Numbered from the stretch's first letter, positions 1 to 10,567 are shown. The stretch is 64,000 nt of DNA from an uncultured Puniceicoccaceae bacterium (GCA_963933835.1 CAWVVV010000001.1:160001-224000), one strand, 5' to 3'. The notes: generated by a model from the letters alone, not told the origin. Program-made: numbers and translations.

Positions 1-1614
1 CAAACACCGGAAGATGCGGAACGCTTTTTAAAACCGCAGCTGCGGCGCTTAGGCGATCCTCTCGCGGTCGAAAATTTGCCCGCTGCGGTCGATCGTATTT
101 TGCAGGCAATGCACAAAGACGAATCGATCCTCGTCTTTGGCGACTACGATGTCGATGGGGTCACTGCGACAACCCTCATCGTGAGTATCCTCCAGCGTTT
201 TGGGGTGCGCCCAAAATTTGTCGTACCTCTGAGGCAAGAGGAAGGCTACGGGCTCTCAATCGCAGCCTTGGAACGCGCCCTAAAACGCGAAAAGCCCGAC
301 TTAGTCATAGCCGTTGATTGCGGAACGAGCAGCCGAGATGAAGTCGCCTGGCTCACCGAGCAAGGCATCGGCGTCGTCATCATCGACCACCACACGGCGA
401 AGGAGTCACTGCCCGAAAACGCGACGCTGGTGAACCCACACGTCCACGGTAATGAAGACGATGAATGGGTAGATCTCTGCGCGGTCGGACTGGTCTTTAA
501 AGTCGTTCACGGTCTGATAAAAGTCCTCCGGGAGGAAGGTGACGCGATCGCTAAGGAGATCGATCTTCGCGACTATCTCGATCTCGTTGCAATGGGAACA
601 ATTTCCGATCTGGTTCCCCTCCACGGCGAGAACCGAATCCTTGCCCACAACGGTCTTATATCGCTGAAGAACCCGCGACGCATCGGTCTACAAGCGCTCT
701 ACGAGGTCGCCGGCATGCAGCTCGGCGAGGAGGTTGATCCGTTCGACATCTCTTTCCGACTCGGACCAAGAATCAATGCTTCGGGCCGACTTTATGATGC
801 CGCTCGACCGATCGAGATGCTCCTCGGCAGCGACATGGCTACCTGTCGACAAACCGCGCAAGAACTCGACCGCTTTAACAAGGAGCGCAAAACCGTCGAA
901 GCGGCGATCGCTGAGGAAGCAAAAAAGATCGCGGAAGCCGAACAAGCGGACGCCGCGGGCATCGTTGTCTACAATCCCGAATGGCACACCGGCGTCGTCG
1001 GGATTGTTGCCAGTCGTCTGGTACAGCGTTTCCACCGCCCTGCGATCGTCTTTGGCTCAGATGGCAATGGTACCGCTAAGGGCAGTGGTCGGTCGATCAA
1101 GGGGATCGATCTTGTTGAGGTCCTACAACGATGTGAGACGCACCTCACGAAGTGGGGCGGGCATCCGATGGCCATCGGCGTCAGTGCAGAAGCCAACTCA
1201 ATCGACGCTTTCCGCGAAGCTTTCAAAGCCTCAATACTCGAATCTGTCAGCGGCGAGATGCCTGATAAGACGCTGCAGATAGACCTAGAAATCGAGCCAG
1301 CCGAATTGAGCGACCATCTCCTTAAAGAGCTCAGTCAGCTAGCGCCTTTTGGGCAGGGCAACCGGGAACCCGTCTTTGCTCTGACCGATGTTAAAGCTAA
1401 CGATGTCCGTCCCTTTGGAGGCGACAAACACCTACGCTTTATGATCAATCGGCCAGGCTTAGCTCCCATCAGTGGTATCGCTTGGAATTCAGCGGAAAAG
1501 CCACTCCCCTCCGGAACATCGGTTGATATCGCAGTGCGTTTCCACTGGAACAACTGGAAGGGTCGGCGCACGCCGAGCCTCACTCTCGTTGATTGGAAGC
1601 CCTCGGAGAACTGA
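1..1614 (+). CDS. recJ: ssDNA-specific exonuclease RecJ (N-terminus outside window)
   Basis: GDYDVDG, VDCG, IIDHH, GPRINASGR, GSGRS and GGHPMA DHH/DHHA1 motifs; frame open from base 1. Confidence 0.95.
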   Translation, partial: QTPEDAERFLKPQLRRLGDPLAVENLPAAVDRILQAMHKDESILVFGDYDVDGVTATTLIVSILQRFGVRPKFVVPLRQEEGYGLSIAALERALKREKPDLVIAVDCGTSSRDEVAWLTEQGIGVVIIDHHTAKESLPENATLVNPHVHGNEDDEWVDLCAVGLVFKVVHGLIKVLREEGDAIAKEIDLRDYLDLVAMGTISDLVPLHGENRILAHNGLISLKNPRRIGLQALYEVAGMQLGEEVDPFDISFRLGPRINASGRLYDAARPIEMLLGSDMATCRQTAQELDRFNKERKTVEAAIAEEAKKIAEAEQADAAGIVVYNPEWHTGVVGIVASRLVQRFHRPAIVFGSDGNGTAKGSGRSIKGIDLVEVLQRCETHLTKWGGHPMAIGVSAEANSIDAFREAFKASILESVSGEMPDKTLQIDLEIEPAELSDHLLKELSQLAPFGQGNREPVFALTDVKANDVRPFGGDKHLRFMINRPGLAPISGIAWNSAEKPLPSGTSVDIAVRFHWNNWKGRRTPSLTLVDWKPSEN

Positions 1615-1634
1615 GCTGGGCAGAATAAAGCGGC

Positions 1635-2000
1635 TTAGAGCTCGGTATATTTTTCCGAGCGTCCACGCGCCTTCTCAACCGGGTATTTTTCAGCATTCTG
1701 GATCAGCTTACGGTCGATCGCTTCAGCCAGATCAATCTGGGATGCGTTCGCAAACTGAAGAGCGTAGATGACCACATCAGCGATCTCTTCTTCGACACTC
1801 GTCCGGAGCCCTGGCTTTGTATCCAAGTTCCTACTCGCATCGCTCTCTGTCCATAGAAAATGCTCCATCAGCTCGCCCGCTTCCGCTGCCAATGCCATCG
1901 AGAGATTTTTAGGGCTGTGAAATTGCTCCCACTCACGCTCTTTCGCAAAAGCTAGGATGCGTGCCTTAAGTTGAGCAATTGTCGCGGATTCGTCTCCCAT
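1635..2000 (-). CDS. MazG-like nucleotide pyrophosphohydrolase (dCTP pyrophosphatase-like)
   Basis: REWEQFHSPKNLSMALAAEAGELME...EEIADV...NAEKYP. Confidence 0.9.
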   Translation of the reverse strand: MGDESATIAQLKARILAFAKEREWEQFHSPKNLSMALAAEAGELMEHFLWTESDASRNLDTKPGLRTSVEEEIADVVIYALQFANASQIDLAEAIDRKLIQNAEKYPVEKARGRSEKYTEL

Positions 2001-2013
2001 GCGACGAGGTTGG

Positions 2014-2898
2014 CTAAAGACGGAATGCAGGCAAGAGTTTCGCCATATTTTCGCCTAAAATCGCCGTATGAGCGGTTGAATCCAAGACTTGCTCATCCAA
2101 TTCACGTTTCAGCGATAAGATCGCCGGGAGCTTTTCTTTACGTGGATAGAGGCGCAGCGGATAGTCTGTGCCGAAGAGAATCCGCTCATGGCCATAGAGG
2201 TCCACGACATGCTTCCAAATTTCTTTTGAATACACGAGTGGGCTCGCTGCTGTATCAACAAAGCAATTACGCAGAGCTTTCCGGACACGGGGATTCAAAG
2301 CAAAAAACGGCAAGCCTCCGCCCCAATGGGCAAAGATAAAGGACACTTCAGGAAACTGCTCAGCAAGCCACACGTAGTCCATCAGAGGCGTCTCGACCCT
2401 GCCCGTATAGTCATGGCCCGCTGGTTCGGTGACATGAAGGTTGATTGGCCACCCGTTGTCCTGCGCCCATCGGCAGATCTCCAGCCACGCCTCATCTCGC
2501 AAACTAAAGCCCTGCGCCGTCGGGTGAACCTCGCCGATACCGCACAGGCCGAGGTCATTTGCTTCATTCAATAGAGCTAGGTTAGCGGCGGCTCCTGCGC
2601 TCGGCTGAACCGACGCAAAAGAAGCGAAGCGCCCCGGATACTTTTTCACCCTTCCCGCGAGAAAGGCGTTCTGTTCGCGGCAAGTCGCGATCTCCTCCCA
2701 ATACCAGCCGAGAAGAACGGCAAGGTCGACGTCTGCCTCATCCATCGAGGCGAGAAAGGTCTCCGCGCTCGCCCAGCCCTGTGGTCCCTGCGTGACCAGC
2801 TCCACCCAATGGGTTTCACCACGCTCCTGCCCCCAGCCTGCGGGGTCAGCAAGGGCTTCTGGCGGATAATGATGCGTATGGGCGTCGATCACTGGCAT
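2014..2898 (-). CDS. Amidohydrolase family 2 protein
   Basis: IDAHTH, GIGE, AHWGGG, ILFGTDYP. Confidence 0.85.
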   Translation of the reverse strand: MPVIDAHTHHYPPEALADPAGWGQERGETHWVELVTQGPQGWASAETFLASMDEADVDLAVLLGWYWEEIATCREQNAFLAGRVKKYPGRFASFASVQPSAGAAANLALLNEANDLGLCGIGEVHPTAQGFSLRDEAWLEICRWAQDNGWPINLHVTEPAGHDYTGRVETPLMDYVWLAEQFPEVSFIFAHWGGGLPFFALNPRVRKALRNCFVDTAASPLVYSKEIWKHVVDLYGHERILFGTDYPLRLYPRKEKLPAILSLKRELDEQVLDSTAHTAILGENMAKLLPAFRL

Positions 2899-2945
2899 CG
2901 CAATAGGCCTAAGAATGGGAGGATGATCAAAACCCTAGTAATGGC

Positions 2946-2974
2946 AAAAAAAAACCCACCGGAAGACCAGTGGG
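2946..2974 (-). terminator. Intrinsic terminator of rpsB-tsf
   Basis: Minus strand CCCACTGG-TCTT-CCGGTGGG followed by T9. Confidence 0.8.
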
Positions 2975-3016
2975 GCTCGAAACGAAACGTAAGTCAGGTT
3001 ACTCTAAAAATACTAG

Positions 3017-3607
3017 CTATGCCCCAATCTGGAAACGAGCGAAGCGCTTTACAACCGTATTCTCGCCGAGCTTAGCAATGAAGTTCTTGAGCAAGTCGTC
3101 GATTGTCAGATCTGGGTTCTTCACAAATGGCTGCTCGAGGAGAACATACTGCGAGTAAACCTTCTCGATTTTACCGGCGACGATCTTCTCAACGATGTTT
3201 GCTGGCTTGCCTTCCACTTGGCCGGCAGCGACTTCGCGCTCCTTCTGGAGGACATCCTCAGGGACCTCTTCGCGGGTAACGCACATCGGAGCTGCGGCCG
3301 CGATGTGCATAGCGATGTCGCGAACGAGACTCTGGAAGTCATCTGTCTTGGCAACAAAGTCAGTTTCGCAGTTCACCTCGAGGAGGACGCCGACCTTACC
3401 ACCCATGTGGATGTAAGAGTGGACGAGACCGTCAGTAGCGGAGCGATCTGCTTTCTTATCAGCAGAGGCCATCCCCTTCTTACGAAGGATCATGACTGCG
3501 TCATCTTCGTTCCCACCAGCTTCGGTGAGGGCTTTTTTACAATCCAATAGCCCCGCGCCGGTTTTGGCGCGCAGCTCAGATACCATCTTAGCGGTAATTT
3601 GGCTCAT
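3017..3607 (-). CDS. tsf: Elongation factor Ts (short form)
   Basis: ELRAKTGAGLLDCKKAL, EVNCETDFVA; downstream of rpsB. Confidence 0.97.
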   Translation of the reverse strand: MSQITAKMVSELRAKTGAGLLDCKKALTEAGGNEDDAVMILRKKGMASADKKADRSATDGLVHSYIHMGGKVGVLLEVNCETDFVAKTDDFQSLVRDIAMHIAAAAPMCVTREEVPEDVLQKEREVAAGQVEGKPANIVEKIVAGKIEKVYSQYVLLEQPFVKNPDLTIDDLLKNFIAKLGENTVVKRFARFQIGA

Positions 3608-3652
3608 TCTATCTATGTTCTAAAGGGACAATGTGAAAGTGTCTTGGTAGAC

Positions 3653-4474
3653 CTATGATTCCGAACTGAAAGTCTCTGGGACCTTTTCTTCGGTTTGCGG
3701 TGCGGCAGGATCGGCAGGAGCTACAAGCTCTTCAGTCGTGCTATCTGCAGCCTGAGGAGTGACTGTGCGCTGCTGGATAGCATCCTTTGCCTCACGGCGA
3801 GCAAGACCTGCTTGAACCGCTTCTGTGATGACATCCACAATAATGCGGACGGACTTGATCGCATCGTCATTACCAGGGATCGGATAATTAACGAGGAGCG
3901 GATCAGAGTTTGTATCAACCAGTGCGACGACTGGGATGCCGAGGCGGCGAGCCTCTGTCACAGCGATGTATTCGGTCTTCGTATCAACGACAAAGAGAGC
4001 ACCCGGCATTTCTTCGAGCCCGAGAATACCTTGAAAATTGCGATCCATCCGGGACATTTCACGGCGGATAGCGGCGACCTCCTTATTGTGCATCTTGCTC
4101 ATGGTGCCGTCTGCATCCCATGCCATGTATTTCTTATACTTAGCAATCGAGCGCTTCACGGTCGCGAAATTGGTCAGCGTACCGCCGAGCCAGCGCGTCG
4201 CAGCGTAGTGCATGTTGCAGGAATCCGCCGCTTCGCGAATAACTTCCGCTGCTTGGCGCTTAGTTCCGACAAAAAGTAGTGGCTTCCCAGAAGCAACGAG
4301 TTCTTCAACGAATTCGGCTGCTTTTTCGAGCCGCTCGTAGGTTTTCTCCAAGTCGATAATACTGATCCCGTGGCGGTGATCGTAGACGAACTTTTTCGAC
4401 TTTGGATTATAACGGCGAGTCTGGTGGCCAAAGTGGACGCCAGCATCGAGGAGGTCTTTGAGTGTAATATTCAT
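3653..4474 (-). CDS. rpsB: 30S ribosomal protein S2
   Basis: AGVHFGHQTRR, RWLGGTLTNF, PIPGNDD. Confidence 0.98.
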   Translation of the reverse strand: MNITLKDLLDAGVHFGHQTRRYNPKSKKFVYDHRHGISIIDLEKTYERLEKAAEFVEELVASGKPLLFVGTKRQAAEVIREAADSCNMHYAATRWLGGTLTNFATVKRSIAKYKKYMAWDADGTMSKMHNKEVAAIRREMSRMDRNFQGILGLEEMPGALFVVDTKTEYIAVTEARRLGIPVVALVDTNSDPLLVNYPIPGNDDAIKSVRIIVDVITEAVQAGLARREAKDAIQQRTVTPQAADSTTEELVAPADPAAPQTEEKVPETFSSES

Positions 4475-4483
4475 GTGTTTGAT

Positions 4484-4548
4484 CTCTCACGGGCACGGAG
4501 AGCAGACTGTATTGATTGAATCCCGCGAGACAGGTGCCGTTGCGGGGG
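4484..4548 (-). promoter_or_regulatory. Candidate structured rpsB leader (two hairpins with complementary loops)
   Basis: CCCGC/GCGGG and CUCUC/GAGAG stems; loops contain GGCAC and GUGCC. Confidence 0.4.
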
Positions 4549-4808
4549 TTGAGTTAATCTAGAATCGCCTAAGTACAAACGCGCACTTTGACGAAAAGTG
4601 GGAGAAAGTAGCCGCCTCAGGCCTCGTTACAAGGCTAAAGGGCCTACTTTTCGGAAAGAATCATTTCTACGACCCAAAGGCGTGCAGACAGGCTTGAGAC
4701 CGCCAATTAGACTTCCCAAGGACCACGAATTCAACCTAGCTCAAACCTAGGCATCGCTCGACCAGGCTCCTGCTTCGGCGCCTAGCGGCAATGCTGCTCA
4801 ATCCAGAT

Positions 4809-6092
4809 ATGAAAAACAGCTTTTATCAGGCCTTCGACTACGAACATATCGAGACGCGGCCGACGGATCCGGACGATCATCGCAATCCCTTTCAAATCGA
4901 TCGGGACCGCGTCGTGTTCTCCCCCACTTTTCGTCGTCTGCAATCGAAGACGCAGGTCTTTCAGAGCGGGGAGTATGACTTCTATCGCACACGTCTAACT
5001 CACACGATCGAAGTCGCCCACATCGCGCGTTCGATTACCGACTATCTCAACGACAACAGTCCGGAGTTCACATCAGACTTCAAAATTGACACTGATCTGG
5101 TCGAGGCGGTCGGCCTCGCGCATGACCTAGGGCACCCACCCTTCGGCCATATTGGGGAGCGAAAGCTGAACGAATTGATGCACCTGCACGGTGGCTTCGA
5201 GGGCAATGCTCAAACCCTGAGGATTCTCACTGAGCTCATTTATCAGCGAGGCGACCAACCCGTCGGGATGAAGAGCACGCGAGCCTTCCTCGACGGCGTT
5301 TTGAAGTATAAGCGTCTCTATGGTGAAGCGACCACGGGCGAGGGAGCCGCAAAGCAGTATCCAGACAACCACTTCATCTACGATCACCAGAAAAGCATCC
5401 GCGCTTTCGTTTTTTCAGGAGCGGAGATTCCTCACGAAGGAATCAATCAGATAAAAAGCATCGAATGCCAGATCATGGACTGGGCCGACGACACCGCCTA
5501 CTCGCTTCACGACATTGTCGACGGCATTCAGGCACGTTTCATCACGCTCGATAAAATTGAATCATGGAGAGACTTGCAGTCGGATTTGACCGCTATTCAA
5601 AAGCGAAAGCTCGACGAACTTCTCGAATCCATACGCAAGGGCTATTACGAGCCACGCATCGGCAGGCGGGTTGGAAAATACATTCATGCCTGCCGTATCG
5701 AAAAGTCTGATACACTGCTCTCAGAGTTCACTAACCGACACTGCTATCGCCTCTGTGTAGATTCTGAGATTGCTGAAGAATGCCAACTTTACAAAAGGAT
5801 CGCCGTCGACCTCATCTTCAAAAGTTCCCCCCTCCAGCAGATTGAATTCAAAGGGGGTCACCTCCTCGAAGGCCTCTTTAACGCCTTCACCGCTCACTAC
5901 ATCGAGCCCTGCAAGAGTCGACTTCGCATCCTCCCCAGTGCAATAGATCAACGAATCGTTGAGGAGCAGGATTTGGAGATTCGATATCGCATCATATGCG
6001 ACCATCTAGCGGCCATGACTGATACTGAAGCCCTTCGGATCCATCGACGCCTCTTCGATGCAGACTTCGCCTCCATCGCTGAGTTAACCTAG
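4809..6092 (+). CDS. dgt: dGTP triphosphohydrolase (HD superfamily)
   Basis: FRRLQSKTQV, RTRLTHT, AHDLGHPPFGH, FEGNAQ, ADDTAY; alternative start at 4791. Confidence 0.93.
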   Translation: MKNSFYQAFDYEHIETRPTDPDDHRNPFQIDRDRVVFSPTFRRLQSKTQVFQSGEYDFYRTRLTHTIEVAHIARSITDYLNDNSPEFTSDFKIDTDLVEAVGLAHDLGHPPFGHIGERKLNELMHLHGGFEGNAQTLRILTELIYQRGDQPVGMKSTRAFLDGVLKYKRLYGEATTGEGAAKQYPDNHFIYDHQKSIRAFVFSGAEIPHEGINQIKSIECQIMDWADDTAYSLHDIVDGIQARFITLDKIESWRDLQSDLTAIQKRKLDELLESIRKGYYEPRIGRRVGKYIHACRIEKSDTLLSEFTNRHCYRLCVDSEIAEECQLYKRIAVDLIFKSSPLQQIEFKGGHLLEGLFNAFTAHYIEPCKSRLRILPSAIDQRIVEEQDLEIRYRIICDHLAAMTDTEALRIHRRLFDADFASIAELT

Positions 6093-6111
6093 AAGAGCAG
6101 CAACCGTAACT

Positions 6112-6678
6112 CTAGTTTACGCTGGGGTCATCCGGCGCATCGACGATATAGCGCAGTTCAGGCGAAACATCGACAACGGTGTCACGCCAAAGCTGTCCAT
6201 CTTTAGACCGCTCAAGAAGTTCGCCCGAGACAGGCTGCACAAGCCATGCATTCTCGGTCAGTTCGCCTTCCACTTGTCCCTCTCCCCAGCCCGCATGGCC
6301 TAGATAGGCCCGCACGGTATAGTCCGGTTGATCCTCAAGAAGCGCGATCACTTGCTCTGGCGTTGCGCCAAAGTGCAGCTGCAGCGCATCACCACTATCC
6401 TGCCATCTCCAGGCCGCAAGGATGAGACCGTCGGTCTGAACAGGGCCTCCTTCAAAAACCGGCACATCGGCCAATATGCTTCCTTCATACTGCGATCGAT
6501 ATTCTGAAAGCACCTTACTCAGAGAACGGTTCAAGACCACACCGAGGGCTCCCTCCTCTTGGGTATGCTCCGAAATAAGGACCACACTGCGGCGAAAGTT
6601 GGGATCAATCAGCCCTGGGTGCGCTACAAGCACACGCCCACGCAGACTTTCAAAATTGGCTCTCTCAAGATCTCTCAT
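6112..6678 (-). CDS. YqgE/AlgH family protein
   Basis: DPNFRRSVVL, GALGVVLNR, GGPV, GHAGWGEGQ, W...P.DPS.N. Confidence 0.9.
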   Translation of the reverse strand: MRDLERANFESLRGRVLVAHPGLIDPNFRRSVVLISEHTQEEGALGVVLNRSLSKVLSEYRSQYEGSILADVPVFEGGPVQTDGLILAAWRWQDSGDALQLHFGATPEQVIALLEDQPDYTVRAYLGHAGWGEGQVEGELTENAWLVQPVSGELLERSKDGQLWRDTVVDVSPELRYIVDAPDDPSVN

Positions 6679-6693
6679 GCAAACAGTAATTCT

Positions 6694-7212
6694 CTAGAGT
6701 TGTTCGACCGACACACCAGATCCACTCAGCAGTTCGTTGACCAATGGGTCGTTCCGGTAAACATCGCGAAACTTGATTCGCTTAATCCCAGCGGCGGCGA
6801 GAATCTTCGCACAATTGATACAAGGGAAATGGGTCACATACGCGGTCGCGTTTTTGAGTGAAGCTCCGCGCCGTGCGGCGTCAGCAAGCGCATTTTGTTC
6901 GGCGTGAACGACCGCTTGTTCATGACCATCGCGTACCCGACTCTCGTGCGGAGCCCCGGGCAAAAAGCCGTTGTAGCCCGCGGCGATGATGCGATTCGCC
7001 TGTTCTCCACTCGATACAAGCACACAGCCCACCTGAAGCCTTGAACAACTGCTGCGGGTTGAAATCAAGAGAGCAGTGCACATGAAATACTCGTCCCAAC
7101 TTGGACGATCTTCCAGCTTTCCAGTGACCTCAGCCAACTGCTCAAGCAATGGATACTTAATCCCCTCAGGCACCTCTACGGGCGACTCATTAACAGCCAT
7201 CCTCGGAGACAA
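6694..7212 (-). CDS. dCMP deaminase (ComEB-like)
   Basis: RPSWDEYFM, GYNG, HAEQNA, PCINC. Confidence 0.9.
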   Translation of the reverse strand: MSPRMAVNESPVEVPEGIKYPLLEQLAEVTGKLEDRPSWDEYFMCTALLISTRSSCSRLQVGCVLVSSGEQANRIIAAGYNGFLPGAPHESRVRDGHEQAVVHAEQNALADAARRGASLKNATAYVTHFPCINCAKILAAAGIKRIKFRDVYRNDPLVNELLSGSGVSVEQL

Positions 7213-7313
7213 ATTTATGCAACCCGTCGGAGCAAACCCATTTCTTGAGGAAACGATCTCGCCTAAGAAAAGTGGTCATTGCAGCGACACTCCCCTCGCC
7301 CCTAACTAATGAC

Positions 7314-7870
7314 ATGAAAGCGATCCGATTCAGCCTCAACGCGCCCTATACGCTAGGATTTTCCGCATTGTCCGTCTTCGCTTTGCTAGCCGGCGTCGTC
7401 AGTGATCATTGGACAACGATGAACATTTTCAGCGTTGGCGATGACATGAGCTTCACAAATCCGCTGAGCTATATACGCGTTTTCTGTCACGTTTTAGGCC
7501 ATCAGGACCCGAGCCACCTCGTCTACAATCTCAGTTTCCTACTGCTCCTTGGTCCTATGCTGGAAGAGAAACACGGCATCTTTAAACTCTTTGTTGTCAC
7601 TCTCGTAACGGCTGGAATGACCGCCCTACCGATGCTTCTCTTGCCGGGAAACCTCCTTGGAGCCAGCGGGGGGTCGTCTTCGCCTTCATCATCATGTCGA
7701 GCTACACCCGTGCGTCCTCAGGGGCGATTCCCCTCTCGTTCGCGCTCGTCACCTTCCTCTTTCTTGGGCGCGAAATCTACCTGGGATTTAGTTCAGAGGA
7801 TACCGTCGCTCAATTTGCCCATATTCTCGGCGGAGGCGTCGGAGGCTTTTTCGCCGTTCGTTGGAAATAG
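7314..7870 (+). pseudogene. Rhomboid intramembrane serine protease, frameshifted at a G6 run (7668-7673)
   Basis: HLVYN and GASG in one frame; VVFAFII...QFAHILGG and TAG 7868-7870 in another frame. Confidence 0.8.
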
Positions 7871-7885
7871 GGCTCCCGCTTAGGT

Positions 7886-8542
7886 TTATAGCTGTGACGC
7901 AAGCCACGCTTGCAACGACGTCAAGTCGCTGAATTCCTTCCAAGCAAGCGCTCTATCATCGGAGCTCAGCCTAGCGAGATCAGGCACTAACACTGTTCGC
8001 AAACCCGCCGACACCGCCGATCGCAATCCATTCGGACTGTCTTCAATCGCGATGAGGAGATCCTTATCAATGCCTAGCTTTTCCTGCACCGTGAGGAAAA
8101 TCTCAGGATGTGGCTTACTCTCGGATACGTCATCTCCGCAGACAACAATCTCAAAAAATTCACTGAAACCTTTCTGGGCCAGCTTACGATCTGCAACTTC
8201 GCGACGGGTCGAGGTCGCGAGCGCGAGGCGAAGATTGCACTCACGCGCCCAGACAAGGATCTCACGAGCACCTGATTTGAGTTCTACCGCGCCTCCTTCG
8301 ACCAAGTCATCATACGCCTTTGTAAAGTAGTTCCAATGGGCTTCCATAGCCGATTCTGACCCCAACAGCTCTACCATACGGGCACGGCAACGGTGCGTTG
8401 CAAAACCGATCACAGATTCGGCGAAATTCTCCGGCAAGCCTTCCCCTATTGCCTCGCGTGTGCGTGCCCAGGCTTCAGCTGAGACACGTTCACTATCGAG
8501 CAAGGTCCCATCCATATCGAAAATTATACCCGTGAGCTTCAT
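7886..8542 (-). CDS. HAD-superfamily phosphatase (beta-PGM/CbbY-like)
   Basis: FDMDGTL, ATST, KPHPE, EDSPNG. Confidence 0.9.
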   Translation of the reverse strand: MKLTGIIFDMDGTLLDSERVSAEAWARTREAIGEGLPENFAESVIGFATHRCRARMVELLGSESAMEAHWNYFTKAYDDLVEGGAVELKSGAREILVWARECNLRLALATSTRREVADRKLAQKGFSEFFEIVVCGDDVSESKPHPEIFLTVQEKLGIDKDLLIAIEDSPNGLRSAVSAGLRTVLVPDLARLSSDDRALAWKEFSDLTSLQAWLASQL

Positions 8543-8630
8543 CTTCAGATCAATAGCTGCCAATGCGCCTTCACTGGCAAGACTGCTTCAAACCTTGTCG
8601 CAGGGCTCCACCTCTGCACATTCTACATCT

Positions 8631-9383
8631 ATGGCAACTCTTCAAGAAATCTGCGCCTTCTGTGATAAGCGCACTCGACGCTCCGATATCAAAGACTTCC
8701 CCGGCGCCGAAAACGGCCTTCAAATCGAGAATAATGGCAAAGTGAAAAAAATCGGCGCGGCCGTAGATGCTGGCCGCTTGCCCTTCGAAGAAGCCGCACG
8801 CCGCGGGATCGATTTTCTCATCGTGCACCATGGGCTCTACTGGAACGCTCCCTTCCCTGTAACAGGAAACAACTACACGCGTTTCAAAACAGCGATCGAG
8901 GCGAACCTTGCCGTCTACGGTAGCCACCTACCACTCGACGCACATCCTGAGATCGGCAACAACGCACTCCTCGCACGTGAGCTAGGCTTAGACAAAGTAG
9001 GCACCTTCCTGCCTTATGATGGCAACGACATCGCCGTCCTCGCCAAAGGCATCAGCAGTCGCAAGGTTCTACGCAAACGCCTCGAGGCCTTTTTCCCGCA
9101 TGTCACAGCCATCGAATACGGGCCCGAATATCTAAGCAACGTCGCTATCCTCACGGGTAGTGGACGGAGCACGCTTCCACATCTCAATGCCCAAGGCACA
9201 CATACCCTCATCACGGGCGAACTCCGCCAAGAGCACTTCAACATCGCCCAAGAAGAAGGCCTTAATCTCTATTGCTGTGGCCACTACGCCACTGAGACTT
9301 TCGGCGTAAAGGCACTCGCGGCTGAAGTCGCCGCGAAGTTTAACCTAGACTGGGAATTTATCGCGACGGATTGTCCGCTCTGA
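8631..9383 (+). CDS. Nif3/YbgI dinuclear metal-centre protein
   Basis: NGLQIE, VHHG, HLPLDAH, GNN, GHYATE. Confidence 0.93.
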   Translation: MATLQEICAFCDKRTRRSDIKDFPGAENGLQIENNGKVKKIGAAVDAGRLPFEEAARRGIDFLIVHHGLYWNAPFPVTGNNYTRFKTAIEANLAVYGSHLPLDAHPEIGNNALLARELGLDKVGTFLPYDGNDIAVLAKGISSRKVLRKRLEAFFPHVTAIEYGPEYLSNVAILTGSGRSTLPHLNAQGTHTLITGELRQEHFNIAQEEGLNLYCCGHYATETFGVKALAAEVAAKFNLDWEFIATDCPL

Positions 9384-9396
9384 TCGTTCCACATCC

Positions 9397-10432
9397 CTAG
9401 CGAAGCATGAAGGCCCAGACACCTGGGTCAGTCGGACCTGGCTCAACCATATAGGCCCATGTCCCCGTATCCAGAATGAAGATCCAGGGTGCAAACTTGA
9501 TCGATAAATAGCCAAGCCAGCTGCCTGTATTTGCCCATTCATTTTGAACCCCATCCAACTCAACAGGGTAACCTGCCCACGTCGAACCGCCTGAATCATC
9601 CGGCGCGGAAACAATAGCAAGAAAGCGGGCATCACGTAAATTGTTAGCCAATTCAGTCAGATTTCCACCGTCCAAATCACATTTTAATAAGCGCCAGTTC
9701 CCTTCAGTAATATAGAATTGGTCATTATAAAGCGTCAGACCAGTGGGCCGAGATAGACCGCTCAAAAGTATCGTCACATTAGAACCGTCCAAACCTGATG
9801 TAGAGAGCGTTCCAGCCCCCAAGTCCACCCAAAAGAGTGCCGTATCCGTGGCCAATATTCCATAGGGAATGGATAGATCGCCCCCCGTAATAAGATCAAT
9901 CTGATTACCGCCATCCAAATCCATTCTAGAGACTGACTTTTCTCCAAAAGAATACGTGTAGTAGATATATTGAGAATTCACAAAGATGCCCTGATTGGCA
10001 TTAGGGGTTGAATTTAATGTAACGACGCCAGTGCCATCCAAATTAGATCTCTTGATACCAGACCCAGACGTAATCCAATAAAGCATGCCATTGTATACTT
10101 GTATGGCTCTAGGGGTGCCAATTGTTGTTCCAGAACCCAATTCCACCGATGAGCTCCCATCCTCGTTCATGGAGTGAAGGCGCGAGTCGTTGTCCTGCGT
10201 AAAATAGATCTTGTCGTTCGCATAGGCGACGCCCCAAGGCCCCCCTAAATCCCCATACATCGCCTGCTGCAAGTTAGGGGTAAGGATTCATCTGATTGGA
10301 GCCATCTAAGTCCGCACGAACAATCGTGTCACTTGTGCTGTCCGCCCAAATGATAAAATCCGCAGAAACGATGTTTGAGCAGATTAGAAAGACAGTACAA
10401 AGCGATAGTAAAAAACTAGATTTCATATTCAT
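9397..10432 (-). pseudogene. Secreted YWTD/DUF5050-like beta-propeller protein, frameshifted near 10280-10290
   Basis: Signal peptide MNMKSSFLLSLC...IVRADLDGSN stops at 10274-10276; repeats (YW..., R.NLDG) continue in the shifted frame 9397-10272. Confidence 0.7.
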
Positions 10433-10567
10433 GAGGAGTGATTCAAACAGTTAATATTATTCTGACACGGGGCCGAACGAATTGATGCAACAGCGATAAG
10501 TATGACTAAACTAATCCTAACTGCGCTCATAATCGCAGTTCAATCAAACCAAAAAAAATGCATCCTA

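Noticed and set aside
3017..3607. EF-Ts apparently truncated at 196 aa
   Set aside because: The short form is a known natural variant, and it ends with the normal RF.IG motif followed by a terminator.
1635..7212. MazG-like + dGTPase + deaminase as a nucleotide-depletion anti-phage island
   Set aside because: The genes are interspersed with rpsB-tsf and yqgE and are not one operon. The deaminase is a short ComEB type without the kinase domain of defensive dCTP deaminases.
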